Below, in pieces: positions 14,998-29,600 of a stretch of DNA of 64,000 bases. This DNA is from Camelus ferus (lineage: Eukaryota). The DNA lies in NCBI RefSeq assembly GCF_009834535.1, contig NC_045697.1, positions 41,666,001-41,730,000 on the forward strand, written 5' to 3'. The number at the start of each line of letters is the position of its first letter. Position 1 is the first letter of the stretch. A program made the translations under genes and the position numbers. The notes below the pieces were generated by a model. It did no database searches, was not told the origin of the DNA, and was given only the letters and a program-made list of their open reading frames with translations.

Positions 14998-16879
14998 TAT
15001 AAAAATAATAATAAATGTTTATTAATAATAATCATTATTTTAAGTATACCTGTACGTTATCCAAAAAAAGGACACATACTTTTGAAAATTTCCCCCAAAT
15101 GTTCAGTGGGCAATTAATTAGCTACAGATTTAACTCACAGACTTTATAGCTAATATACTTAAATGAGACGGAGGAACTGAAATGTGGTGCTACAATTTCC
15201 CGGGGTCTTATTATCTCAGACTTCCATAAGGTGCGTTTTAAATGTGCAGCGTTGTTTCTTCTTTCGTGACACTTTTGTTGCACAGTTGAGTTTCCTCCTT
15301 CAGCTGTCTCTACTGGCTCTCTGAATGGTAACAGACTAAATTATTACTAAAACCACTGTTTTTAAGGTCAACATTGCCTATATGCAGATTGAGCAAAAGC
15401 TAATACCCCAAGTAGAGATTTTGAAGATGTCTTTGTGATGCTAATTGACAAGTCAGGTAAAAGTAATCCCTTCCTATTAAGACACTTAAAGTGTAACAAT
15501 ACGGAGACCACAAAACCCTGATTAAATTAGTTGGGATCATGAATGCACTTGTAGAAAAACTATTAAGTAAAACACATGCTTCATGATATAATTCCAACTT
15601 TCTTGAGTTTATTTTTTGGCTTTTTAATTCAATTTGAACCTGTATGGTTATATTATTTTTGCAGATAATAAACTATTATTACATATTTACAATTATTAAG
15701 TTATGATTTTAATATAAAAATTGGCAGATTATAAAGAATTATACAGATAATCAAAGGGAAGAATTTATTCTACTGCCACTGAATAGTGTAAAACATTTAC
15801 TTACAAATGAAAGAATGAAGGATGAGGAATTGAAGCCTTTTCTCTTCCCCATTTTGTTCCTTGTACAAGCAGTACTGATCAGTGTTTCTTGGTGAGATGA
15901 CTTGGTATTACTGCAGTTCATGCCCCTACTGGTGAGGAACCTACCCCAACCCCACCTTTCTAAGAGTAGAAACATGGGCATGTTTATGGGAGAACCTGCA
16001 GCAGTGTGTGAGTGTGGGTGTAAAATCACTTACAAATCAAAGAGATCCTTGAACCAATGAAATAAATAAATACAGCCCCATTAGGGCATAAAGGGGTCAT
16101 TAACAATGAGAAATATTAAATACTGAAAATTAATATATAAGTATTTCTGTACTTTTATTATTCTTATGAACTTTGGAGTGGCAGTTTGGAAGTAGCATAA
16201 TTTAAATCTGTAGAATTGAGATACCAATGAAAATGACTAATAAAAATAAAAAATCTTCTATTCTAATTTAAGTTGTGATTTTTAATAAATATATAATTAA
16301 TATAAATAAATATAGAAAAGTATTTTTATTAAAATGTAACAATATAAGAAATACTAATGTCACAGACATGTGACTGTAGTATAATCAAAATTATGAAAAA
16401 ATACATAGGACTAGAAGCGAATACATGAGTAATGAGAGTGGTTGCCTTTAGATGGTGAAGATGATTGATTTTTCTAGATTTTATGGTTTATGTAATCTCC
16501 AATTTAAAAAAATTAAGCTATATTTTCTTAATAATCAAAAGAATTGATAATTGAAAATACGTACATATCCATGGATTCAAACTTTGCCTTTTTCCTAATT
16601 CAGCAAACCAATTTAGGTTTTGTTTTCTTTAATTAGAACTTTTACCTTATGTTTGGAACAAATTGAAATTTTCACCATAAAACTTTCAAATCAGTTTGGA
16701 TCTGTATTTTCTGTAAAATTTTATATATTTTTAGAGATTAAAAACTGAATGTCCTTTAGCAATGCCATTAAATAAGCCCACTTACTGGTTATTGCCATGT
16801 AATTTTTTTGTATCCTTAGCACTTCCCACTGTACCTGGTACACAGTAGACAATGTGTATCTTATATATTGGGAATAGGA

Positions 16880-17068
16880 AAATTGCACCTCTTGGGGAGT
16901 GATGGAAATGTTAGCTATTTTGATTGTGGTGGTGGTTTCATGTGTGTATACATCTGTCAAAATTCATCAAATTGTACATCTGAAATATGTGTAGTTTTGT
17001 ATATAGGAACCATATCACAATAAAAGTATTAAAAATTAAATTAAGTTAAATTAAATTAAATTAAAAAA
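16880..17068 (+). mobile_element. LINE-1 (L1MB/MC-like) 3' end with (TTAAA)n tail
   Basis: gtgatggaaatgtt...ttgattgtggtggtggtttcatgtgtgtatacatctgtcaaaattcatcaaattgtaca...caataaa followed by a TTAAA repeat. Confidence 0.85.
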
Positions 17069-17289
17069 CTGAACCTGATCCCTCACATCAATTTGGTTAC
17101 TAAGGTTTGTGGATTCTTTCCCTCAAATCTATCCCCTCTTTTCAATCCTTGAAGTGTCTGTGCCCATTAAAGCCCTCATCACCTCTCCTGTCCTCAAAAA
17201 AGTCACCCCTGGCTTCCTTGCTTACTTCAAGACTCTGCTTTATCCCTTTTCCCAGATCAGAAGTTTTAAAGTGAGCAGTGTACACCCAC

Positions 17290-17995
17290 TTTGTTTCCTT
17301 TTAGAAAACATCATTCTTTTAAATTTATTTTTACTTATGCAAGCAATGCATTCACGTATTCTCTTCTCCCCGAAGGTAACTATGATTTTCAGTGTGTTGA
17401 TTATCCTTGCAGACCTCTTCTATGCATTTATGTATATAAATACAGAGAAAGGGAAATAAATATTTGTTATTTTACTGGGAAGGGGCAGATTTATAGAAAT
17501 GGCATCAGGATCAGCGGATCATTTTACAATTTTTTTTTTTCACTTAACATCATGTCCACTGTGAGTATTCATAGATCTACCTCATTCTTTTAAACTGCTA
17601 AATACAGTTCCCTGGCATAGTGGTACCATAGCTTATTCTGCTGCTCTATCTGTGGGAATTTATACTGTTTAAAGGGGTTTTTTTTTTTTTTAATCCTTAA
17701 CCAATGCTGCAGTGAACATCCTTTCTGTATGCTTTCCATGAACATGTGCAATTGTTTCTCTAGACTATATATCTAAAAGTACAACTGCTAAGTCATAAGG
17801 TATTCACATCTAAAATTTTAATAGCTGCCAAATCTGCCCTCTAGAAAATCTGTATCGAGTATCAATTTACACTCCCACCAACATGAATGAAATTACCTGG
17901 TGTTAGTGGATATTATGCCATCTTTTTTGCAGATTTGCTGGATAAAGATATTTCATTGTTTCGTTTTGTATTTCTCTAGACATTTGGTAAAGTTA
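17290..17995 (-). mobile_element. Old LINE-1 (L1ME-like) 3' fragment, antisense
   Basis: gaaggtaactatgatt, catagatctacctcattcttttaaactgc, aatgctgcagtgaacatcc, aatttacactcccaccaac. Confidence 0.8.
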
Positions 17996-18098
17996 CCTGA
18001 TGTTTGGAAGGAAGGTGCTAGTTGATCTTTTTTTGTGTTTTTGTTTTAATTTCTTCTCCCTTTGAAAAATTCCCTTGCCAAAATCCAAATTTTACTAA

Positions 18099-18326
<228 letters not shown>

Positions 18327-20699
18327 TAGAACGCAGAAGAACACTCAAAGCTCTTACTTTTCCTTCTAAAAGCTACCTTTTTCTAGCTATGTTTTAAGTT
18401 GCATTTCTTTTTCAGGATTTCCTATGAGAGATGGTGATTTAGTCCAACAAACCTTGGCTGTCCAGGAAACACTTCCATTTGTTTTTGTTCAGTTGTTAGC
18501 ATCACCCTTGTCTCCTCCTTTATGCTTAATTACCAGCCTCTCTTGATGCATACTAAATAACAGAAAACTTAATAGAGGATGAATAGCTTTGCCTCTGTTC
18601 CATTGATAAGATGCCTTTCGTTAGTAAAGTGTGGTACTAGGAACATTCTGATTGTAAAGCTTTTATGAGGCCATTGGTGCCTTTGTGAAGTCTTGCATAA
18701 ATTAGATGAAAAAATATGCATATTCCAATAAGGACACTATTTTAGATTGGTTCTAAATTGACTACCACAGTAAGATATATCTCCGTATTTTACATCAAGA
18801 CATAGCTTAAGCATAACTCTTGTTAATTTTTAAATTATATTTCTATCATTTAATATCTTCTCTCTAATCACTTTCTTCTGTGCCTTTCTTCTTTCCTCTG
18901 CGGAGCCGTGTAGGAATGTCTCCTGGTAGGAATGTCCTTTTGTTCTGCTTTGAAATGTTACTATCAGGAATATCACCTCCTCCCAGAAACATCAAAACCT
19001 CCTCAAAATCTTTGAACACCTGTGCTAAATGATCTCATTTTCTTTTACATAACAGCTTCAAATTACTTTGTTTGAATTGGTCCTTAATCTTCTATTTGAA
19101 ATACTCTTTTTGCTGGTTTGTTTTCTTGTGAACTTCTCAGTACTCCAGGGTATTCTTGCCTGAGCATATTTTTGCTTTGTTTCGGCTTCTTTCCCTCTGC
19201 TTTGTTGTGTGCTTGCCCATGTCAGTGATGCTAGAATCAAGCTGGCATAATTCTTATCCCTTCATAATTCAGGAGAAGTGGGAGCTGACAGATGGGGGTG
19301 AGGATCAGGTAGAATCAAACTTTATAGACACACTATTCAGAAAGCCACTTTTCCTAGTAACCCAGTCCGTAGGCATTCAAAACTTTCGGAGAAAACAGTT
19401 CAGTGGTGAATGTCTCTCCAGTGTGAAGACTGAGGTGTAACAGTCCTTGATGACATTTTCTTAAGATCCACTCTCTTAAGCAATTTTATGGTGATGCTGA
19501 GATTTTAATTGGCTTCAAATTAATTTTTAGTCACTTGATTTGATTCTTACAAAATAAAATCCCTAAAATTAATTATATTCGAGTGTCATTCTAATACTCT
19601 TAAAACAAACAAAAAAAAACTATTGTTCTTATAACTAAACAATAGAATCTCTTCCAGCTTCTCACATCTTTCAAAGATGTTCTTGGAGTAGAATGAAATA
19701 ATGAAATAATTAGGAGAAAGAATGATATATAAGTATATGATAATTAAGTATGAGAATTTTTTTCTCTGATGATTTTTGAGAAAATATTTTAGGTTATGTT
19801 GATAAGAATTTTAGACAAATTATTTGAAATTGTGGCTCACTTATTTTGATAGCTCAAATCATGTGGGATGTTTATTTTTCCTTACATCTAATGTAATGTG
19901 TATAATCTGTTTTTAATGGATTGTGGCCTAGAGTTTAATTGGAGTCATAAAGTCTGCATTTGTAATTCACTTGTAATTATGTTGCCTGTAAAAGAGACAG
20001 TAGCTTAGACTCTGTGACAACATATTAATGAACAATATCAATGAGTTTTTAAGTTACTTTTAACTTTTCATGAAAAATTCCTTTGAAGGCTAGAAAGACA
20101 AAATTTAGGGTACTTATATGACCTGAATCTTTTTCTCAACCATTTCAATATTGTCAAAATAATAGAGGAAGAAAATTTGAGATCAATGGAGAGGGATAAA
20201 GGAGAAACTACAAGAGAACATGATGTCTTCAGGAAAAAGAGAGAGCAGAGAAATGCTGTGTGTTCTCATCTGTTAATATACTACAAGCAGTCTTATCGCA
20301 TGTTTCCCAAAGTGTCAAAGAACCAAAATAAAAAGAGAAGAAAGAGCATATGGATGCTGTCATAACTCTAAGAGAAAATTATTCGTGTAACAGTGAAGTT
20401 GAACATTTAAAGAATGGAATGTCGAGGTTAATAGTGATCTATTTGTGGAATAGTACATCAAGATTTTGGAGTTACAGTTGCTCAAATTATTTGCAAGTTC
20501 TTATTCAAATAATGTTCAGAGCCAAAAGTATGTGCCCCATACAGAGCACAAAGGCCACATTTTAATGTCAGTGCTTTTCCATGAAACAGTTGAAAGGCAT
20601 TTCTAACTCCGTTCCAGTCAGTGCTCATCAGGAGGACTCCAGGACCATCACAACTGTGATTTATCGAGTTGTGTGCATATTCACAGGTATGAAAGATGG

Positions 20700-20905
20700 G
20701 TCAGGTGTAAATTTCTGTTCTGCCACTTACTAGCTGGCCTTGGCCAAGTTTCTTAACCTTTGCTCAACTCAGTTTTCTTAACTAAGGACAGGGAACAATC
20801 ATACATACTGCAGAGTGTTCTTCTGAGAATTTAAGGAGTTGACACACATAAAGTACTTAGTACAGTACTTGGCAGCCAGTAGAGATAATATAAATTATTA
20901 TTATT
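20700..20905 (+). mobile_element. MIR SINE
   Basis: tctgccacttactagctggccttggccaagtttcttaacctt...ctcagttttct...taaagtacttagtacagtacttggca. Confidence 0.85.
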
Positions 20906-23224
20906 CTCATGATCATTACTATCACCATTATGAGTCTTACATGTAAACCTTTACTACCTTTTGATATTAGGAAAGATGGATGTATTTGGTGAAAAAGACC
21001 AGATGGCCAAGAAACTACAGAAATACTCTACATTGTTTTAAAAATCACTAAAATTTATCTAGTTCCTACAAGATTTTAAAATGTTGGTCCTTTTTTTGCC
21101 GATGTATAGCCACCTCTACTTTGCCAAGTGTAAGAGAATTCAGTACCATTAATTTAAACCAAAATAAAGACAAATTACAGAGCTCATAGATCCTCGTTAT
21201 AACTCTTTAAGAAACTAGGGTAGAGTGCGGGCTGTCTTGGGGAATCAACTTGAAGGTTTTCCTGTGCTCTGTTGGAGGGAAATAGGAGAACAGCGAGGGT
21301 CAGTTGCCTTGTTCCTTACCAGATTCTTGAGTTTAGAGACCAGGGCTAGGATCGAGGGTGGCTCTCACCCAGCATCCCCGGACGGGGTTGGGGGATGGCC
21401 ACACTTCAGGAGCGTCATTGTGAACTGCAAGCTAAGGGAGGAGTTGATTAACTATGTCTCAGGGCATTTACAAAGAGAACTTACGACCATAAAATGTGAC
21501 CATTTTTTTAAATGGTTTCATTTCTCTCAGCAACTCCAGAGCACCCTGGGAAAGCTGCTGAGTGCAGGAGCCTTACTGATGGCTCCTGGAGTTGTTCTGC
21601 AGTGCTCGGGGTCAGGGTCAGGGAGGAGGGTGGCAGGAGAGGAAAAAGAAGAGGGCGGGGAGGGGATGGAGATGTGCTCAGCCACTAAACCAAAGACATC
21701 AAAACTCAAAGTAATCATCATAAGGAAGCCAACTGAAAACTTACAGGTTAAAGAAGGACAGTTCTTTACTTCTTAATTCATGATAAGAAGGAAGGATCCA
21801 GACTGACATGAGAGCCACTGTCTGAGAGGGGACTGTGCCGGGATCCAGTCTCACGGCCAGCAGTGATCAGGTCCCTTTTGGAGGGCTCTGTCTCAGGGAG
21901 GCCGAGATACTGTCCTAAAGGGTCAAAACATTACTCTGGGAATTTGGACAGAGTGCAGGATGTACCAGTCAGGCAGCTGGTATCCGAAAATCCTGTTCTC
22001 CAGTTGGCAAGCCCCAGGTGCTTGAGAACCCAGAGGAGGGGTGGCAGGGGACCCAGGGCCTTCTGTGTGGTGGCTGAGCCAAAGCTGTAGGAAAGACTGC
22101 TAGAGCAGAGGCTGGGGACCTAGGCTCCAGGTTGATAGACCGGAGAGACGGGCTGCGAATGTTTTGTTGAGAATACGGGTACACATGCCATCCATGTAGA
22201 GACCATGGGAAAGGTGTGACTAATCCAGTCAGTTTGGATGGGGTGATTAGGGAAGCAAGGCCAATGTGAGTTTGTTTATTATTTCTTACCCAATTCAGGA
22301 TTAATTTGGGAATTGGGACAAGGCTGGGTGGGAATTTAATCTACCTAGATAGACCCTGAGTTAAACAACCTGGTCTTCAGCTCCCCAGTGAGAGAATAAC
22401 CTGGGAAACAGAATAACGCTTATGTGCGTTAGTGCTGAGTTTCAATTACAGTGAGTGCTTAGCAAGCGTAAGCCCAGAAGAGTCAGTAATGTCACACATG
22501 TACTGTCTGTTTATAAACAACATAAGGTAATTAATAAAGCCTTAAATGTTTTATTGTTATTCATATTTCCTATTTCATTACTTTAGGGATTATATTATTT
22601 TTTGCTGACAGTGAACAAATTTATAGGAACAAGCTAACCTGACTATTTTAAGCTCTTTTATTGCAAGGCCATCATAGATTTCATGCCCTTTGAGCAGAGT
22701 TATTCTTGACATTATTTTAGCCATCTTCCTGTCTGCCTTTGTATCTTATTGGTCATTACCAGAGTGAGCACATGGAAGGAATGCCCAACGACTGCAGGAA
22801 ATATGCATTATTTTCAACCTTCTTGTGACATAGGTATGTAAATTTTAATGTTGCATATGTCTGGAGATCTGTTCAAAGTAAATCTTAAATGAGAGCTTAA
22901 GGATCATTGTAGAATGGTTTTGTGCTGCACTTCAGCAAATATCAACATTCAGAATGTGAGCTGTACAATTGTGAACAGTGACAGGGACACAGGTTGAGAA
23001 ACCACGATGAGGAAAGTAGAGTAGGACTGGGCATGGGGTCAGAGGCACTGAGAAGAGAATCAGAGGCCTGTGGCACAGAGTCCGGAGCTTGGTCTGAGCA
23101 ATCCAGCGTGAGGGCTGACTGAGGTGTGGACAAGTGACATAGGGCAGCAGGTAAGACCAGTTCAGGAGAGAGACATGGAGTCCAAGGTTAGAGGCCTGAG
23201 CAGATACCACCCTAAAGGGCATTC

Positions 23225-23640
23225 ACACAGTGATGAAGCTAAGAATATTTTCTGATTGTAGTGCAAAAGTCAAGCGCAGATACTCTTGGAACAACTCAGA
23301 GATTAGCAGCAGTAGGAAACCTCGAGCAAGGAGATGGTTTACTGGAGCCCAGGGATGGGTGGTGATGGCCTGTCCAGTTGGAGCTGGGTTATAGACACAG
23401 AGGAGATACAGCTCCTTTGGGCAAGAGAAATGGCAAGAAATGGCCTGGCTTCTCCCCACTCCCCCCAGTCTCCTAGTAGCATCTCCCTCCTCGTGGCTGA
23501 AACCAGCCCTTAACCAGCTGACAGGTGAGGCTGGGAAGTGCAGCCTGCAGCGGCCAGCCGCCTGAGACACAGAGCAGATAAAGGAAAGGTGAGGACTGCA
23601 TCTGTGGGCGAAGAGGCCCAGGGCTGGCACTCGCCCATTC
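23225..23640 (-). mobile_element. ERVL-class solo LTR (LTR33/LTR16-like)
   Basis: Reverse complement reads ctgcacttcccagcctcacctgtcagctgg...ggagactgggggga...ggagaagccaggccatttct, like the LTR33/LTR16 core. Locally GC-rich. Confidence 0.6.
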
Positions 23641-26600
23641 ATTCTTTCCTCACTTGTAGCTCCAAAACCTCCAACTTAGTAAAACTAAAGTGGCCAATGG
23701 TCAGACATTGATCTGGAGAGGAGAAGACTGGAGGTTGGAAGGGGTAGTTGCTCAGGGGCTTCACTGGGTAAAAGTGAAGTAATCCTTTACCCTAGAAACT
23801 CCTAATAACTGTTTCATTTCCTCACATGTCTTATGATTTCTTGGCATAAGAGCATTTCTCATGGCGTTTTCAGCTGAATGTGTGGCCTTCCTGTCTTTTA
23901 TATGTTGGTGTCACCTTTTCAGCTGTTTGTTGCATGGCTGGTGAGGAGCCTGCGGCTTGCTGAGCCAACGCAGGACAACATGTGCTCGGGGGACGAGGGG
24001 CTCACCATCTGTTCCCCTGCAGGTGTCTTGCATTCTGCTCTTCTGCTGCCAAGTAGGTGAAATACACACCAAAGGCCTCTATCATTCTTTCTTCGCACTC
24101 AGTCTCTTCATTATTTCTTCTTTGTCTTTCCTTCTCTTGTTAGCCCTTTCTCTTTCTTTATCCAGCTCCTACAGAGCCATGCATGTAGGTTTTGATTATT
24201 AACAGTTAAGTATTTATGCATTCACTCTGTAAATATTTATTGAAGCCAAACTGGGTGTCCCACACTGACCTAGGAACTGGTGATTCAGCAGTGAGTTTAA
24301 AATAAAAAACAAGGTTCCTGCTTTTATTGATTTTCTAATTCTCTTAAATATATTTATTCAGTTAGTAGCTAAGGGAAGTTTTTATTGCTTGGGAAACTTA
24401 TAACTTATCATCTCTGGGCATAAATTCCTCCAAATGTGGGTTATCTATCTTATTTGACTATCTTATTTAACTTGCTTGGTATATAATAGTCTGAATGTAA
24501 GAAGAATCTGTAATAACTTGTCCCTTTCAATGTTAATCAGTTATAACTAAATTGCAAGGACTATCTTTCAGTTCTTAACCATATGTGCATCAATTGCTTT
24601 TAATTATATTTTTAAAATTATGATAATCTATCTCTAGCTGTGCTATTTAAAAAAAACTATTTGGCTTTGAATATAAATCAATGTCCTGATCATGTTCTAG
24701 TAACAGAAATGTGTAGGTTATTATTGAATAATCAAATAATCCTGCAGTTAGCATACTAAGTAAAGGAAAGACTTCACGTGTGGTTTAAAGATTCATCTAT
24801 AAATATACCAACTATCTGGGGTCTTCAAATAAAATTCAGGTGAATGAGAGGGATGGTGGGAAATTATTCTCCTTCTTTACTTCTAACTCACTTGAATATA
24901 TCTTTGCAGTGAAAGCTAGTATCATTTGATTGTGCACATCACGTGTTAACTTGCTCTATTACCTATTTCATGAATGAGTTATTGTTTGTATCATCTTTAT
25001 CGTCACTAACTATGGTTTAGCCAGTTATCTTCCACTGAATTCTCCTGAGTCCATAAAAAGTTCCTAAAACAATGTGGGAAAGAATAGGCTTATAAACATA
25101 TTCAATTATAAACCTATTAGATACATCCTGCTAGACTCAGAATGTTAGGAATGAGAAAAAATATGAGCTGCCCTGAATATGAATTTGATGCATCTACTAA
25201 TCAAACAGCCCCTCAGTAGTTCCCTTTTTGGTGATAAACCACTGAATTAAATGTGCCTGTGCTTGCTTCAAGTATTTTATAATCTCTTTATTAAATCGGT
25301 GAATCTAACACGGTTAAACATGAAGTATCTAGAAGAGATGATTTAAAAGACTTATTCATGAAAACAGCTCTCTGTATAGCCTGTATCTCTCCCATTGAGA
25401 GGAAATGGGATTAAAGTCTTTGTAATTGACGTTTCCTTTTGGTGAGTGACATCAAAAGGTTAGGCCGTGTCCTCAAGAGAGCTTCTGAATAAGTCAACAA
25501 TCTGAAATTCAGAAACTACTGTTCTTGTTTCTTCATTTCCCCCAGGGGACATAGACACATGCGTAAAGAGGTTAATAGATTTTGTTTTGGTATGCTTTTA
25601 GTGTGCCTGAGAAGGAAGCCAGTTTGGATATGAAGTTTATTATATAAAGTTTAATAGAAACTCTCAAACTGTAAAAAAAAAAAAAAAAAAAAACAACTTT
25701 TAAATATTTAAATAAACATAACATGCAACATTTGAGTTATTTAAGAATTTTTGGGGACTAATCTGAAATCTTTATTGGGGAAGAAAAGTCTATTTCACCA
25801 AAATAATACGAAAACTAGTTTCTCTTAACATTTCATACGTAAGAAGCCTGTATTGCTTTTCATTAAAACAAAAAGACTCCGTGGTGTTATGTCTCTGATT
25901 ATGACCTGGGATTTTATTAGTCATCTTATTACAGGTTTGTTTCTTAATGATCGATAGGGACATTCTTTTTTAGTAAGAAAAAAAAAATCCCTTTACTTTT
26001 CTTCAGATTCTTTCAATCATACTTTTTTCCCTTGGATTAAAATTTAGAAAACTTATAAAGGGTTTTTACTTTTCATATTTGCAACTAGACATATCACTGT
26101 ATGTGATAAAACACATAAATTGAGTTTTCTCAGGAAAGTCCTATGTGGAGCTTTTGTAAAGAAAATTATTCTCAAAAACATTTCTCAGATTACTTCTTGC
26201 ATTTTAATAATATCAAAAACTGTAAGTAAATTCTCTTAAATATTTCCACAAGTAGGACAAACTACCCCATTTTAGAGCAGGGAAAAGAATAATTAACAAC
26301 AGTGCCTCAAATATTTAATGTCAGTAATTTCATTTCCATAATACGCTAAAGCATTCCTTATGTGTTTTTAAATTTGACAGTCAGTCTAAGTGTTTCCCAA
26401 GTGCTTATCACTAGTCTGGTCTATAATTGGGGTGCAGGTCACTGGTGACCTTTTGCCATTAAGAGTTGGAAAGACTAAGAGGTTACTGAGTGATGCTGTA
26501 AGATGAAACATTATTAGTCTGCTCTCTCCATTCTAAAATTGCCACCATTTAAATTCTTTTTTCAGACTAAATGTTCCTGTGAATCCTTTAAATACGATTT

Positions 26601-29600
26601 ATTCTACGCACAGGGAGTTAATAAATTGGCCGACTCCCTCTCTCAGCTCTTCTCTCCATCTGTCCTGACACAAGGACTACCTCTTTGAGTCTTACGATTT
26701 CTTATTTATTGCAGCGTGCACCATGCTGTGAAAAAGCTAGCGTGACACCCTGGCAGGCTTAATTTGAGAAATAGTTTAGTGCCATCTATCTGTCAGAGTA
26801 GACCCTTTAAGTGTGGAGTTGAACTCTAAGTTGGTTTATTATGCTTGGAATGTATATAAATTTAGAAATAAGTAGGAAGAAACATGAGCTACAATGGATA
26901 TGAATTTGATGCACTCCAATTACGTATTTAATTATAGAAAGAGCAATTCATATTTTTTGATTCTCATTTGCTCGGTGAAAGTTAAATCAGTGTCTCAGAT
27001 TCCTAATATCTGCCGCTTGTGGAATTCCAAATTTCCATCTGTTCATGCTGATGTATTCTTTCAGCTGCAAAATGTGAGCAATTTGCTAATTGCCTTCTAG
27101 AGAAAATATGACTTACATTACCGTTCATATGCCCAGTGCCTCGGCTGTTAGAGTGAAGATAGCTTTTGAATCACACTGGGATTGTTCTGCCATGTATTAT
27201 GTTGGCGGGAGCTTGTCAAAATGTTTGTTGTAGACAGACTTAGCCACCTGCTTTAAGTGGCCCCTTTTCCTCCATGACTTACAAAAAGAACATATACTTC
27301 ACTCAAACACTAATTCATTTGTCTCTAATTTTAGCAAATTGTTCTACTGAAGGAAGAGTTCTTCTCGATTTCAAATCTTTGGGATATTCAGAATCCACTG
27401 AACATATACAGTTCTTAGGTGGCAAAACTGGAAGAGCTGAGTAGCTCATTCTCAGGAGATGCCTGTTTTGATGACTGATTGAATCTGTGCTCAGGTTTTT
27501 CTCTTCATACATTATCTTGAGCCCTTTAGGCAGTGAATATTGTTAATCTCTTGAATAGACCAGGGAGGGAGCATTCTTTTAAAAATGTGGGAAGGGAACA
27601 GAAATTATTTTTCTAGAACATTCCATAGCTGGTTCTCTCTGAAAGCCTGAGTTATAATGTCCTGTCAGGTTCTCCCAAATCTATGATTTTTTTTTTCTTC
27701 TTTCCTAGATGACTTCTTAGGTATTGTGAAAATCTCAAGGGAGCAGGCATTTGTGAGAGTGTGTTTTATTTTTCTCAATCTTTTCATTCGGGAAAGAAAG
27801 AGATTATTCAATTGTGGCATCTGTCTAGGATGCCACAAAGTAGTGTAACCCATAAACTGTGGGAGAGAAGAAAGCAAGTAATGCTTTCCCCCTTTTAGAG
27901 CTGTTCCTAAGAGAGAAGCAAAGAAGTCAATATCGGAAACTGTCAGGTTTTCTGTCAATGAAAACGTACCACGTTTTATAGTAAGAAGAAGGCTAGACAG
28001 CAGAAAAGAAAGGTGGGTCAGGAGAGAGAATCTCTGTTAGACAGCTCTGCCTGAGGATAAGTAGAAGTCATCAAAATGCCTTAAACTCTAGGAAACATAA
28101 CTTGGTAATTTGCATTCCTGCCTGTTTGCCTACCTGCAGTGTTTCTAAAACAGTCAAACTAGACCATTCCCTCTCTCAATTTTTGTCTGCCATAAGAGAA
28201 TCTCCTTGAACCTACTGTGTGTATGAGTTCAAGGGCCGCTCTGAGGCATCCCTGCCCACCCTCGTATCATCATGAGTGTTTTCAATATAGAACCTTTACT
28301 GATAAAGAAACTGATACTGCTCTGCAGAGGTGGCAACAATTTCTTCAAAGCCCACACGTTAATTATTACACATAAACCTTGGAATTTGAAGGCCACCCCA
28401 GTTCTATTCCCAGCAGTAATGCTTATTTGGTGGGGAGCCCTGTTCAAGTTTTTAAATCTGCTCTGGTTTGCTACTCAAAATGTTTTTCTTTGCCCCATCT
28501 CTACCAGATTCAATGAGGTTTAATTGCATGATGAACTTTTTAAAAGTATATTCTCCTTTTTCAAAAATCCCCAAATAGGCACAAGCCCATTCTGCACAAT
28601 TCAACATAACAAATATGTATTCTTCCGTGGGCTATGTTGACCGCTGTTCCACAGCTGAAGATGCACGAATGAGGGAAACACTTTCCCGCCCTGCGGAGCT
28701 CACAGCCTTGCACTGAGCTCTCTTACTCGGCATTCATTTCCTCCTAGAGCTTCTTTAAATGCGCCTCCGAGGGCTTGTTAAAAACATACTGCACGTATGT
28801 GCCTGTAATTGTGTGTGTACGTCTTCTTAGGGATGTAGTGCATGGGCTTTATGAGATTTGTAGAACTTTCACCTCCAAATTTAATTCTTAATATTTTAAA
28901 AGGCACTAGTTTGATGCAGAAAGCTCTGGATGAGGGGGCTACAAAAATACGTGTAATTTACTGTTGACTGTCAGTCATAGAACCAAGAGAGTAATGTCCC
29001 TTAGAACATCTCAGGTTATATCCTTGAGGTAATTTTTTATTTGTACAGAAAGACCCTTTTCATGTATAAAGGTCCTACTTTTTTTAGGTCGGGGATGTAG
29101 GGGGAAGTGACAGGTAAATATAAAGCACCATGCTTTCAATTTTCATTATGACTTCTGAAATTAATTGAAAATATGGAAAAGGTTCCTGTGATCCTAGGCA
29201 AGTTGTAAATGGAATTTCTTCAAGAAATGGGGATTAATAGCCAGTGTCTGCTTTTCAAGTAACTGTCTCATTTTTCTTGCGCTGTGGAACTTGGCTGTGA
29301 AAGGTTCTATTGACAGGTTGGTTTACAGCTTCACGATGGCCCTGTTCTACAGTGAAGAACGGGTTTCATAAGAATGACTCATCCCACTGTCCTCATAGCT
29401 TGCTATCATTTCGTTTCTCCTACTTAAGGACTGACTTCCTTTGTACTGTCCATTTTTCTCTGCCATGTTTGTCCCCCAAAATTTGTTTTTTCTTTGCCCA
29501 TTTTCAAAGAAAGTAGATATGCTGTTTATTGCAGCTTAAGAGTGAAACATGAATGGACAGCAAAAAACACATAAAAAGGCCTAAATTCTTCACTATGCAG

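Noticed and set aside
21225..21776. Longest track ORF (183 aa) as a nested gene
   Set aside because: GTG start, no recognisable domain, lies in a GC-richer intronic patch where stops are rarer, and no convincing exon structure.
25674..25699. Link between two long A-runs both followed by CAACTT (here and 57305-57331)
   Set aside because: No further shared sequence or SINE body; probably coincidence.
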